Source: Histomonas meleagridis 2922-C6/04-290x
Lineage: Eukaryota > Protista > Parabasalia
NCBI GenBank assembly: GCA_020184695.1
Contig: JAANOX010000022.1
Location: 1-64,000 of the forward strand
DNA: 64,000 nucleotides
Reading direction: 5' to 3'
The notes below the pieces were generated by a model that had not been told where the DNA came from, searched no databases, and saw nothing but the letters and a program-made list of their open reading frames with translations. Within the stretch, counting starts at the first letter, position 1. Every line of letters begins with the position of its first letter. The translations under genes and the position numbers were made by a program. Shown here piece after piece: positions 43,575-55,176 of this stretch.

Positions 43575-46192
43575 ATGGAAGAACCAACAATGGAATCTGC
43601 CAACATGCAAATCTTGATTTCTCTCCAACATATCATCATTGGCATAAAAAAGGAAAATGTTGAAGACGCGGTTCAAAAAGCATTAGAAATATTTGATCAA
43701 AATTATTATGTTTCATTTAATGTAGTAGTTTGCTTATTAATTTACTCCGCAATTTCTTCCCTAAAAGAAGAAGAATCCACATATTTTAAATTTATTCAAA
43801 CACTTCAAACAAAGGAAACAGAAATCATTGGCTTTAACCCCAAAATTTTTGAACTTTTTGGTAAATATTTATCTAACAAGGAAGACAGATATCTACTTAA
43901 TATAATGGTTGAACAAAAGTTGATTGATTCTAATATTTTACCTAAAAACATTTCACGTGAACATATTTCAAGTAATAAATTTTATGCCTCATCATTTGGT
44001 AACGTTCGTTTTGGCTTACCACAAGATACAAATTCTGATTCAGATCAAAACAACTCTAGCGTTTCAACATCAATGGAAAATTATTTCAATGGGTTCAGTT
44101 ACCAACAAAAATTATATAAAGAAGCATCTCCATCAGAGATTGCAAATATAATTCGAAATGATGATGTTGAAAAACTTCAAGAAATATCATCACAAACAAA
44201 TTTTCCTTTGAATCAAAACATAAAAAAAACATTATTTGAAAGAAGTAAATTATTAAGATCCTCATGTATTTCCCTTGTTGATTATGCAGCGTTTTATGGT
44301 TCAATTAAATGTTTTAAATATTTATTATTAAATGGTGCTGATATAAGTCAAACGGGGAAATTTGCAGTTGCAGGTGGAAACATAGAGATCATTAAACTTT
44401 GTGAACAAAATCATTCATCGTTTGCCGATTCATATCAAGCAGCAATCGAATTTCATCAAAATGATGTATTTTATTATATTTATGAAAACAAATTAGAAAA
44501 ATTTGAAGACAATAAAAGATATTTTCCCGGTTTTGTATCTAAATTTTTTTTAGGTAATACATTACCACGTGATACTAACACAAGTGATGAATTAAAACGC
44601 CTGGAAGAAGAGCTAGGTTCTGCATGCGTAAAACATAATAATTATGAAATTCTTTTATATTTAGTAAAAGAAGGATTAGAAATTATTGACTATTACATTA
44701 ATCATGCAATAGCAAGTGGAAATTTATTCCTTGTTAAGTATTTTCTTGAAAATAATAAAATTGCTAATAATAAGATATTATTAGATAATTTTAGCGTAGA
44801 AAATGTTGAACTTATCAAATATCTTATCGGAATTGATATCAATATTAAAGATATATATTTGTTTGATTTAATGGTTATTTTGATAATTTCATATTTAAAA
44901 ATATTATTTGAAAATTATTTAAAATATTTAAAAATGCACTTATATTAGCATCTGAAAGAGGTAACATCGATGTAGTTAAATTACTTCTTGAACAAGGAGG
45001 AATTGGTATAAATGAAAATATTTGTTTATCTTATTTTGTATTTTTTATGTTAATTTGGAATTTATTTGATTTTTTTGAAGTAAAATGTCTGCAAGAAAAG
45101 GTGCTTTTTTGTACCACAACTGAAAGGTTTCGACTTACCGGTTTTTCATTTTTCAATCAGAGAATTAACAAAACATGCCAGAGCGTTGAGAAAATTTCTT
45201 GATTTTATTTCAAATATCTTTAAATTTATCGAAATTTCAAATTTATTATTGGTGATTCATCTAATTATTTGATACAGCACTTATGGTTGCATCTTATGGC
45301 GGACATGCGAATATAGTTAAATTACTTCTTGAACAACAAGGGATTAATGTTAATGCTAAAAATGTTTCTTAACTTTATGTGTGGTTTTTTTAAATATTTT
45401 GAAATTAGATTATAATATTTGGAACTTGTTTAAAACTTTTAATACAGCACTTATATATGCATCTATAAATGGTCATAGTGAAGTCGTGAAATTACTTCTT
45501 GAAAAAGAAGGGATTGATATCTATATTAAAAATGTTTATTAATTTTAAATAAAATTTGTTCAAATATTTTCAAATTCGAAAATATTATTTGGGACTTGTT
45601 TAAAACTTTTTATTCATCGTTTATGCTTGCAGCTGAAAAAGACCGTTGTGAAGTCATGAAATTACTTATGGAAAAAGGAGAAATTGATGCTAAAGATATT
45701 TTTTAATTTTATTAAATATTTGTTCTAAAAATTTAATATTGCAAAAGAAAATTTCTAAATTATTTAAATTATTTGATAAATTCTTATTAATGGCAGTGCA
45801 AGAAGGTCGCACAGAAGAAGTCAAATTACTTGTTGAAATAAAAGGAATTGATGTTAATATCAAAGATATTTTTTTATATTATTTGATGTTTATTCCAAAA
45901 ATTTTCTGTTTTATTGAAACATTTGGCGTTGATTTAAATAATTGTGTCCATTGTTAATAATAGCAGTTGAAAAAACTTATCCTGAAATTGCTAAAATACT
46001 TGTTGAGTGTAAAGGAATTGATATAAATGCAAAAGATATTTAATTATATAACATTATGCTTATTCCGATAATTTTTGGTATTAATTCAATATTTGGTATT
46101 GATTTGAATTATTTAATACAGCTCTTAGTTGGGCATCTTATTATGGCTTTGATGAATTAGTACAACTGTTAAGTCAAAAGTTAAATAATTAA
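43575..46192 (+). CDS. DUF3447/ankyrin-repeat gene (locus D) with six 77-nt spacers and one 251-nt spacer
   Basis: ORF 43575-44948 with DUF3447 core; ankyrin blocks at 44933, 45274, 45444, 45614, 45778, 45948, 46118; last block ends LSQKLNN-stop at 46192. Confidence 0.8.
44856..46117 (+). repeat. Ankyrin block/77-nt spacer array, locus D
   Basis: Block starts differ by 170, 170, 164 (block lacks two codons), 170, 170. Confidence 0.9.
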
Positions 46193-46713
46193 AATAAATT
46201 GCATTAAATTTAATAGCTTTTTGTTAAAAATTGTGTTATTGCAATTAGATTGTGTGCGTTTAATATTTTTTTTTTATCTCTGTAAAAGATTAATTTCAAC
46301 ATTAAACATAAAAATTTTGTTACGTTTTATGAAAATTATTCCCTATGAGTTTTTTAAATAATTAATGTTTATGAACTAATTTGTTTCTGAAGAAACAAAA
46401 CTAACGTTTTTGAGAGGTATGAAATTCTAAAATTATTCCAGGATAGAAAGTACCTTCCATATTTAGAATGGTTTAATAAAATCTCTTAACTTTTATGGTA
46501 TGGATGACAAAATGAGAGAATGATAAAATGTTTTGAATAGGTGATACGTAAATTTTAACCAGTTTCCACGGTTATGCCACTATCGGATTCAAATTCAAAT
46601 AAATTGAGAATGTTAAACACGTGTAAAGCCAAGTCAACACTCAAAATTTCGTGTCGTTAATCCTATCGTCTTAACAACGATCAAGTTTTACAGTTTTTTA
46701 ATCCTGGTTCAGG

Positions 46714-49353
46714 ATGCTTTTTTTATTGTGCCATGTATCATGTCACTTATTTGCAAACAAACTTTATCTTGAGTTACAGAGTTCGAGCTTCAAATTAGAA
46801 ATCTTTTTTGTTCAAATTTTACATGAAATCAAATGCTATATTCCAAAATTTTTTCATGCTGATTGTTCCCATTCGTGCTATCACATTGTAAAAAATGATG
46901 ACTACAAAATGTTACATATGTTTTCATGTAATTTTTCAAGAATATATCAAAATTTTTTTTATGATTTAATTAATTCATCACAGCAACAAAATTTTAATTT
47001 TAATAAGCAACCAGTTTTCTCCAAAAGTCCCTGTACAAAGAAAACATTTCTTTTTTATTGTTTCTATGGTATGAAAAATTTTATACAAAGTTCTTTTAAT
47101 TTCTTTTTGAACAATTCTCTACTTGTTATGTTTCTTGTTATTTTGGGTTTGTTGTTGTATATACCAAAAGATTATTTAACAAAATTATTTTTCCAAAGTA
47201 TTCATAACAAAGAAAAGCATAATTATAAAATTCTTTCTGTTTTATTTATTTTCTTTTTTGTGCACTCATTTGAAACTGAAACACTTAATATAACTACAAT
47301 TGAAGAATATAATGATAGAGAAACACATAAAAATGAATTATTGTATCTTATAATTGATGGAGAAATTACAGAAATTGATCAATTTGCTTTCTCTCAATGG
47401 CCTTTATTAGTCACAGTTAAAATTGGTAATTCAGTTATAACAATTGGAAATTATTCATTTGCAAAGTGTTCGAATTTAAGTACAATTACTTTGGGAAATA
47501 ATGTAAGTATAATTGAAAGCTATGCATTCTATGAGTGTTCATCATTGTTAAATATTATAATTCCAAAATCAGTTGCTTCAATTGAAGAAGGAGTTTTTAC
47601 AGGGTGCACAAGTTTTCGATTTTTTAATGTCTCTAATGATAATAATTATTATTGTAATGATTATAATGGAATTCTTTATGACAAAAATTTTTCAACACTC
47701 GTGTGCTATCCTGCAGGAATTACTAATGTTACATTTAAAATACCAAATTCAGTTATGATAATTAATGATTATGCATTTTCTCGTTGTTTATCATTAACAT
47801 ATATTTCAATATCAGATTCAACCATAGAAATTGGAAATAATGCATTTGGTTTATGTTCTAATTTAGCAACAGTTATCATTGGGAAAAAATTGATAACAAT
47901 TGGAAATAGAGTATTTCAATATTGTGTTATGTTAACTAATATCACAATTCCAGATTCAGTTACATCAGTTGGAGATAGTGCATTTTATTCATGTTCAAAA
48001 TTAGAAACAGTCGCTATCGGAAAAAGTGTTATGACAATAGGAAGTGAAGCATTTAGATTATGTACATCTTTGATAAATGTTGTAATTCCAGATTCAGCCA
48101 CTTCGATTGGAAATCGTGCATATGAACAATGTGCAAAATTAAAAACAACTATCATTGGGAAAAGTGTGAAGGTGATTGGATTTGAAGTATTTAAATTATG
48201 TAATTCATTGATAAGTATTGCAATTCCTAATTCAGTCACTACAATTGGTTATAGTGCATTTGAATCATGTTCGAATTTAACCACAGTTAACATTGGGGAA
48301 AATGCCGAAAGAATTGAAAGTGGAACATTTAAATTATGTAATTCATTAATAACTATCATTGTGCCTGACTCAGTCACGACAATTGGTAGTAATGCATTTG
48401 AATCATGTTCTAATCTAACTACAGTCATTATTGGAAAAAATGTTACATCAATCGAAAATAATGCATTTAAAGACTGCTCCAGTCTCATTTGTTTATATTT
48501 TCGAGGTACAAAATTACCAAATGTTGGGAATAATGCATTTGAAAATACAAAAATAAAATATGTTATTGTAACATCTTCATATAATGCTTCACAATTTGGA
48601 AATTTCAATGTAAACAATAGTACAACTGATGAATGCGATGATTGGTATGCTTTGATAACACCAACATTTACTAAAAGCAATACATTGACAATATCAAATA
48701 CATTTACTAAAAGCAATACATTAGCAATATCAAATACAATAACAAAATCAAAAACATTTACACAAAGTAATACAATGACAATAACAAATACATTCACACA
48801 AAATAATACATTGATAAAGTCAAATACATTAACAAAATCAAATACATTTACTATAACAAAATATTTTATTTCAGATACAGCATTATCGTATTCATTTACT
48901 TTATCATTAGTGCATTCTTTATTCATTACACAAACATTAACTCTTAATGCATTTTCATCAAATTCATTATTATATACATTCACTGCATCAACTTATACAT
49001 TAATTTATTCTGAGTTTATATATTACAATTATACAATATATCAATACCCAACATATTATTATTTTTATTCTAACTTCTTTACTATAATTCAAACAAATGT
49101 AGACATAAATAAGCAAAAATTGTCAAATAATGTTTTAATTGGGGTAATTTGTGGTTCAATTGCAGCACTTCTTATAATCATTGGAATTATTATATTTGTT
49201 GTCAATAAGGGAAAACAGAAAAATCCAAAAACATTTTCAAAGTCACACTCACAAAAAAATTCAAATTTCAATTCTTCATCAAATAGTAAACAAAATGAAG
49301 AAGTCAAAGAAGTTCATAGTTATATCATTGGCGAAGATGATCAATGGATATAA
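46714..49353 (+). CDS. BspA-like leucine-rich-repeat (TpLRR) surface protein
   Basis: About 14 repeats of I.IP.SV..IG..AF..C..L; Thr/Ser/Asn 6-residue stalk repeats; TM VLIGVICGSIAALLIIIGIIIFVV; short tail; true start probably downstream (e.g. ATG 47128). Confidence 0.9.
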   Translation: MLFLLCHVSCHLFANKLYLELQSSSFKLEIFFVQILHEIKCYIPKFFHADCSHSCYHIVKNDDYKMLHMFSCNFSRIYQNFFYDLINSSQQQNFNFNKQPVFSKSPCTKKTFLFYCFYGMKNFIQSSFNFFLNNSLLVMFLVILGLLLYIPKDYLTKLFFQSIHNKEKHNYKILSVLFIFFFVHSFETETLNITTIEEYNDRETHKNELLYLIIDGEITEIDQFAFSQWPLLVTVKIGNSVITIGNYSFAKCSNLSTITLGNNVSIIESYAFYECSSLLNIIIPKSVASIEEGVFTGCTSFRFFNVSNDNNYYCNDYNGILYDKNFSTLVCYPAGITNVTFKIPNSVMIINDYAFSRCLSLTYISISDSTIEIGNNAFGLCSNLATVIIGKKLITIGNRVFQYCVMLTNITIPDSVTSVGDSAFYSCSKLETVAIGKSVMTIGSEAFRLCTSLINVVIPDSATSIGNRAYEQCAKLKTTIIGKSVKVIGFEVFKLCNSLISIAIPNSVTTIGYSAFESCSNLTTVNIGENAERIESGTFKLCNSLITIIVPDSVTTIGSNAFESCSNLTTVIIGKNVTSIENNAFKDCSSLICLYFRGTKLPNVGNNAFENTKIKYVIVTSSYNASQFGNFNVNNSTTDECDDWYALITPTFTKSNTLTISNTFTKSNTLAISNTITKSKTFTQSNTMTITNTFTQNNTLIKSNTLTKSNTFTITKYFISDTALSYSFTLSLVHSLFITQTLTLNAFSSNSLLYTFTASTYTLIYSEFIYYNYTIYQYPTYYYFYSNFFTIIQTNVDINKQKLSNNVLIGVICGSIAALLIIIGIIIFVVNKGKQKNPKTFSKSHSQKNSNFNSSSNSKQNEEVKEVHSYIIGEDDQWI

Positions 49354-49426
49354 AGTGATGAAGTAAAAAATAAACTGTAGTGCTTAAAAGTGTAAAGCAC
49401 TATAATTTAAACGGATTTATTAAAAT

Positions 49427-49432
<6 letters not shown>

Positions 49433-49460
<28 letters not shown>
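49433..49460. repeat. (TA)14 microsatellite
   Basis: Direct reading. Confidence 0.9.
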
Positions 49461-49464
<4 letters not shown>

Positions 49465-49742
49465 TTTTATTGTGATATGTAAATTATTATATAAATATTT
49501 TATTAACAATGGCCAATATTTATTTAAAATTTATTGTATAAAGTTTTTCATCTTCGTAACTTCATTTTGATTAGATCTAATTTCATTTTAATATATATAT
49601 CTTAATAATCTTCATAATAACAATAAATTTTTTTTTTGAAAGTCTTCTTAAATTTATATTTCGCAAATATTTTAATGGACAAAGAGTTTTTAATTAATTA
49701 ATTTAAACAAATCATTATTTAAACAAATTATCAATTTTTATT

Positions 49743-50345
49743 CTACCATATACCGCATACTTCTTTTGAAGTATTTTCTTGTTGTGCCTTTTGCCTTGGT
49801 TTTTGTTCTTTGGGTTCTTCTTTATTAATTGTTTTACTTTCTTTGTGTTCTTTTATAGTTTTCGCAACATCATAAAATGTTTTCTCAACACTGAGACCAG
49901 TCCTACCTGAGACTTCGTAGAATTTTACATTAAAACAGTTTTTGAATTCAAGAATTTCTTCTTCTGTAACGACTCTCTTTTTATCACAATTATTTCCAAT
50001 AAGAAAACAATCTATATTTTCTTGACGACTTCTGATTGAGTCCATCCACATCCCACACATTAAAAAAGTATCTCTGTTTGAAAAGTCAAAGACCAAAAAA
50101 ATTCCAGATGCGCCTAGATAAAAACTTCTAGGAAGATTAAGGAATCTCTCTTCTCGTCTAGATTCAAACAGTTGTAGCTTGATATCCTGGCCATCAACAT
50201 TATAATATTTATTTATAAAATCGTAACTAATAGGGAATTCAGTTCCATTTCGATCTTTTTTAAAACCCCCTGCTAAGATTTCTCCTTTGCCAACAGATGG
50301 ATCACCCAGAACCACAACTTTAATAAGCATTCGTTGATTTTCCAT
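49743..50345 (-). CDS. Highly divergent Rab-like GTPase
   Basis: IKVVVLGDPSVGK, ERF..L..SFYLGASGIFLVFD, EVSG, C-terminal CGIW; G3 and G4 motifs altered. Confidence 0.8.
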   Translation of the reverse strand: MENQRMLIKVVVLGDPSVGKGEILAGGFKKDRNGTEFPISYDFINKYYNVDGQDIKLQLFESRREERFLNLPRSFYLGASGIFLVFDFSNRDTFLMCGMWMDSIRSRQENIDCFLIGNNCDKKRVVTEEEILEFKNCFNVKFYEVSGRTGLSVEKTFYDVAKTIKEHKESKTINKEEPKEQKPRQKAQQENTSKEVCGIW

Positions 50346-50830
50346 CTCAGGATTTATACAGCTTGAGTCACCCCAAATAAGTTACGTTACAAAGTAAACA
50401 ATTTTTATTTTTTGTGAGCTTTATATTTATAAAATGCTTAAAGATCACCATGAACCCTAGAAGAAAAAACCATTTGTTTTTCACAGAATATAATTCAAAA
50501 GAATATTTTCATATTAAATATGCAATGTATTTATTAAAATAAATACAATTTTCAAAAACATAAATTTTTTTGATATGACATAAAAGTTGTTTATTTAACT
50601 GATTTTACCTTGTCTATTCACAATTGATTCTTTTTTTGTATTTAGAAATTTCATTATTCGTTTTGCAAGGACCAACAAATTTGAATGCATTTAATAATAA
50701 TAAATTGAAAAAGTTATTATTTGAGAAGTTTATTTATGTTAAAAATCCGATTCATTCGCTCAAAACTCTTTAAATCAAACTCATGTTTCCTAACTGATTT
50801 TGTTTAATAAAGTATATTTTTTGCGAGTGT

Positions 50831-51388
50831 CTAAGTTGGTGTTACTCCATCAGCAGCGTAATCACATTCATATGTATTAGAATTTGGAACATACGAATTT
50901 TGGATATTAGGATCAAATGTACTAACTTGAGGTTGCTGTGGAATCATTGGTGCAACAGATGGGTAGTAGTCAGGACCATAAGCATATGGTTGTTGTTGTT
51001 GAGGTGGTGGAATTGGTTGAGCATTATTCTTAGACTTCTTCTTGCTTGAAGATGAAGATGAAGATGAAGATGATGACGAACCATGATTTTCTTCTCGGCA
51101 GCATGGGCACCCATGAGCACAGCAGCAGCAATGTTCTTCGCAACAACAATTATCACAACAACAACAACAGCTACAGCAATCTTCAAAGAAACTGCAGCAC
51201 CACACATCATTGATTTTATTATTAGTGGTGCAGCAACAATAAGGACAACTCGTACATGCATATCCAGGACAACAACAATCACGACACCAATTGAACAACT
51301 TGACCATGATTACGTATGGAGAAACGATGATAAAATATATTAAGAAGAATACGAAAAGGAATATGATGCAGCCGCCGTCGTCTCCCAT
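50831..51388 (-). CDS. Small cysteine-rich membrane protein
   Basis: N-terminal hydrophobic segment, dense Cys/CC/CCC clusters, poly-Ser, Pro/Gln/Tyr-rich tail; GC content above the flanks. Confidence 0.7.
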   Translation of the reverse strand: MGDDGGCIIFLFVFFLIYFIIVSPYVIMVKLFNWCRDCCCPGYACTSCPYCCCTTNNKINDVWCCSFFEDCCSCCCCCDNCCCEEHCCCCAHGCPCCREENHGSSSSSSSSSSSSKKKSKNNAQPIPPPQQQQPYAYGPDYYPSVAPMIPQQPQVSTFDPNIQNSYVPNSNTYECDYAADGVTPT

Positions 51389-52230
51389 ATTTCACTGACA
51401 AACAGTACAAACCGTCCAAATTTTGGAAAACGTTATAACAAATAACGGTATTGTTGTGGCAAAACGCCTTTTTTGAATATAAAATTTCGGTTACGTATTT
51501 TGGAGGTTAGGCTTAATTCAAATAAACGGGTGCCATAAGTCAAAAATTTTAAAGTTGGCGTTTCACCTTTGCATGTAATGTATTTTAATGAATCTTTTTA
51601 GCTATATCTAAATGCGTTTATGGGAAGATGATAAAATAAGAAGCAAAAAATGCACTTCATGATTTTTCAAATTAAATGGATGAAATTATTTAGAAAAAGC
51701 GGAAATTTGACTATGTTCATCAAGAACAAACATCAAAATTCCAAGTTAATTGGAAGTTATGCCTTTTAACAATTCGGTAACCAAGAAATAAGCGTTGCAA
51801 TGAATTGTATATTTTAAATAATATATTAAAATATATGAATATTTAAATCAAAGCATTTGATTATTAATAACAATGTATATATTTTATATAATAATTTTTG
51901 ATATGTTTGCAAACATCCTATGTGATTTAAATAATGAAAGATACTGTTGAGTTTAAATATTTGGTAAGAGGCCGTTTATTATTAGAATGGTTTATTTCGA
52001 TATTTGAAAATTTATTTTGATATTATAACTCTAAATGCCTTACATAAATCTAATATATATATATGCAACCTAGTAATAAAATAAATTGAAATTTTGAATA
52101 AAAAATAATGCTAAATGTTCTTGTTGCAATAAAATGAACACTATCGAAATGAATAAAATTTGAGAAAAAAAAGTACAATAATATCAAGTCATAGAAATTT
52201 TTGAATTTTGTGAAAAAATCATTTAGCCAA

Positions 52231-52980
52231 ATGAATCCGACTCTTATCAAGAAGGAAGATCCAGGTGCTCCCAAACAGCATCCACAATATTCTCTTCTAG
52301 ACGTCAGGAAATCTAAAGACCCAATTTGGTTTATTAAAATTCCAGATTATCTTGAAGATGATCTCAAAAATATCAAAAAGCCAATACAAATTGGTACAAT
52401 CCATATCGAACATCAACCAAATGGTCCACCTAAAGCCACTATTTTTATTAACAATTCTGTTATTACAAGTGTACCAGTTGAAATGCTTCCTTCACAATAT
52501 AACATTTCTTTTGATCCATCACCTAACCAATCACAGTATGCATTTACACATGATCGAACCACAGGCACAGTTCGTATGATGGGACATGTGAATGACAATG
52601 GTATAATAAAACCACCCATAAACGAAACCGCTAAAGCCTCAAAAATCCGCAAATATAAAGAAGACTTGCTCAAAGCCAAAACCCACAAAACAATTACACC
52701 TCTTCTAGAAGTTCCAAAGCCAACAACAACTCGGCCACAAGATCCGCTAAAGACCACTTTCAAGAAACAGGTCAAAGACAAGCGCATTCGAAAGAGCCGC
52801 GAGGTCATAACCCGCGAACTGATTAAAGCGTTCAAGCAGAACCCCGAATGGAAACTTCGCGAACTTGCAGATGCACTCGACCAAGGCCAAGACTATGTAA
52901 GAGAAGTTGTGGAAAACATCGCAAAGTATAACCCGAACACGCAAATGTGGGTGCTGAGGGATGAACTGAATTTACAGTAG
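52231..52980 (+). CDS. GTF2F2: Transcription factor IIF beta subunit (RAP30/Tfg2-like)
   Basis: N-terminal IWFIKIPDYL and C-terminal winged helix KRIRKSREVITRELIKAFKQNPEWKLRELADALDQGQDYVREVV...WVLRDE. Confidence 0.75.
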   Translation: MNPTLIKKEDPGAPKQHPQYSLLDVRKSKDPIWFIKIPDYLEDDLKNIKKPIQIGTIHIEHQPNGPPKATIFINNSVITSVPVEMLPSQYNISFDPSPNQSQYAFTHDRTTGTVRMMGHVNDNGIIKPPINETAKASKIRKYKEDLLKAKTHKTITPLLEVPKPTTTRPQDPLKTTFKKQVKDKRIRKSREVITRELIKAFKQNPEWKLRELADALDQGQDYVREVVENIAKYNPNTQMWVLRDELNLQ

Positions 52981-53756
52981 AAAAAGTGCTTCACTTGATG
53001 AAATTCAAAATAAAATAATAAAAAATTGTTAAATTAAATATGTTAATATTTCCTTTTAACATTTTAATTCATTCTGTTCTCTCATACAAAGTCACAAGAA
53101 TGCTTTTGATGATTGCATTTTCGTTAGAAAAAAAATTACGTCAATTTATCAAATAAATTTTAAAGGTTTTCAAACAAAATTTATATATTGCTTTATAAAT
53201 TCTTGACTAAATAATATTACTTTAATAAAAGACTTAACTTGATATGTTTGCATCTCAAAAAAGATGGGCATCAATTAAAATTACATATTTTTTGATTGAT
53301 TTATATATTATAATATACCTATATTCATAAAGAAAATGCATATCAAGTTTAAATAGTAATGATTAATCTTTGAAAATAAATTTCTTAACAACAAAGTGTT
53401 ACACCTTTAAACGAAAAACCATATGATTAATTAGTACACAACATTTCCATAAATAAGTGCTGTCCAAAATAATTTAAATAATTCCCTAATATTATTTTAA
53501 AATAAGAAATTAATAAAATAAAATTTAAATAAAACAAATAAACACCTTTATCATAAATACGAATTCCTTTTTGATTAACAAGTTCGACATTACATAAATT
53601 TAAGGAAAAACATAATATATATCTTTTTTAGATTGATTAGAACTAACAAAATATTATTTTACGAGAAAGTTCACTTTGAAAATATTTTTTAAATTTTTAA
53701 ACATTTTAAATTCTATTTATATAAATAATAAAATATATTTCTTTTATCTATAGTTA

Positions 53757-54992
53757 TCATATTTCTTCGTTTCCACTCGGCCACATCTTCTCATCCGACG
53801 ATGTTATTTCGCTCTCCGATGGCTTCATTTCGTTTACTCTCAGCTGCGCCTCTTCGATCAATGCCTTCTTCATTTCCACAGACTGCTTCAGTATTTCTGT
53901 CGCCTTCTCCAAGCACTTCAGTATCCTCTCCTTGTGCATTTGCTTCATTTTTTGCACATTCTTCGAGATTTTGCCAAGCGCCATTATGCCCGCGGCCTCC
54001 AATGAGTCGTTCGGCATGTCCGGAACGTGGCCGTTCAGGACTGCTCGGCTTTGCTCGTTGCCGATTGCGGTAACAGCTCTGTAAACTAGGCGCATTTCGG
54101 GAAGATTCGAAAACGATATGTTATTAATCATATTAACATTGGCCGAAAGATTATGTTCGGCGTTATGGACATTATATGATGGATGTTCGACGTTGGATAG
54201 GTATGGAAGTGGTAATGAGGCAGCCATCTCGGCACATTCATCAGATGTTTTGGTCCGGACTTTGGAAGAAACAAAATCCCAGTTGATGGAGCCAAGCTCA
54301 GGATGTGGTTTTATGGCTTCGATGAGCGCAGAAATCTCTTTTTGGGTCCAATTGGCAAATGTCATGAGACCGGGAACTTCGGCTGATTGCTTGATACGAT
54401 TGTGTGGGACAAAGGGCGTGGTCATCATTGTATAGGCTGGAATAGAAAGTTGTGGTGAAACTTTGGTTATGGGATGTAATAATTTCTCATATTGATTGAG
54501 CGTATATAACTTTTCATTGACACCAAAAACTAACTGAGGCCAACGATCAAAGTGTGGAATAAGAGAATTAGGTTTGGTTCGATCGTTAATTTTGTAATTT
54601 ATAAGACCATATTTTTTAAGAAATTTCCAAATTTGTAATGTGAGATGCGCTGGGGCTTTAATGTTACGACGACATAATGTATATGGAAGATAATGATCGG
54701 AAAAAATTCGATAAATAGCAACCATGAAATTTCTGATTTCTTTGTATAAAGGATCTTTTGCAAAAGAAAATTGAAGTTCAAAGTCAGATATATTAGAAAA
54801 ATCAAAAAATTGAGCCCGCTTAGGGATAACGACGGGTGGTGGTTGATGAACAGATCGAATTGCTTTTAACGTAGAAACAAAATCTGGTGTTGCATCAACA
54901 GAAGACACTGATTCACGAACAATAGCTATGTCGAATTCTATAAACTTTGGGATGGTTGGTGATGCAAATGGATCTCTACTTAAGCATTGCAT
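53757..54992 (-). CDS. SWIRM + SANT/Myb domain protein (SWI3/SMARCC-like chromatin remodeller subunit)
   Basis: SWIRM: YKEIRNFMVAIY...CRRNI...IWKFLKKYGLINY; SANT: NWTQKEISALIEAI...NWDFVSSKVRTKTSDECA; coiled-coil C-terminus. Confidence 0.82.
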   Translation of the reverse strand: MQCLSRDPFASPTIPKFIEFDIAIVRESVSSVDATPDFVSTLKAIRSVHQPPPVVIPKRAQFFDFSNISDFELQFSFAKDPLYKEIRNFMVAIYRIFSDHYLPYTLCRRNIKAPAHLTLQIWKFLKKYGLINYKINDRTKPNSLIPHFDRWPQLVFGVNEKLYTLNQYEKLLHPITKVSPQLSIPAYTMMTTPFVPHNRIKQSAEVPGLMTFANWTQKEISALIEAIKPHPELGSINWDFVSSKVRTKTSDECAEMAASLPLPYLSNVEHPSYNVHNAEHNLSANVNMINNISFSNLPEMRLVYRAVTAIGNEQSRAVLNGHVPDMPNDSLEAAGIMALGKISKNVQKMKQMHKERILKCLEKATEILKQSVEMKKALIEEAQLRVNEMKPSESEITSSDEKMWPSGNEEI

Positions 54993-55176
54993 CAGGTAAA
55001 AATTATATCTGCCATTTTAAAAGTACACAATTTTTTATGTCATAGGTTTAACGTATTTCATTACTTTTTGGTAATTTTCATCCAGAATTCTGGATTAAAA
55101 CAAGATTTTTTTCGAAAAATATATCACACAAAAACTATTTCGCTTTACATTTATCTTTATTTTATAAAAATATACA

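Noticed and set aside
46714-47127. Long N-terminal extension of BspA as real coding sequence
   Set aside because: Phe/Cys-rich low-information sequence typical of AT-rich upstream DNA; a downstream ATG with a signal-like segment is more plausible.
48249-48983. 244-aa antisense ORF inside BspA
   Set aside because: Antisense shadow of the Thr/Asn repeat codons (V/N/F/D periodicity).
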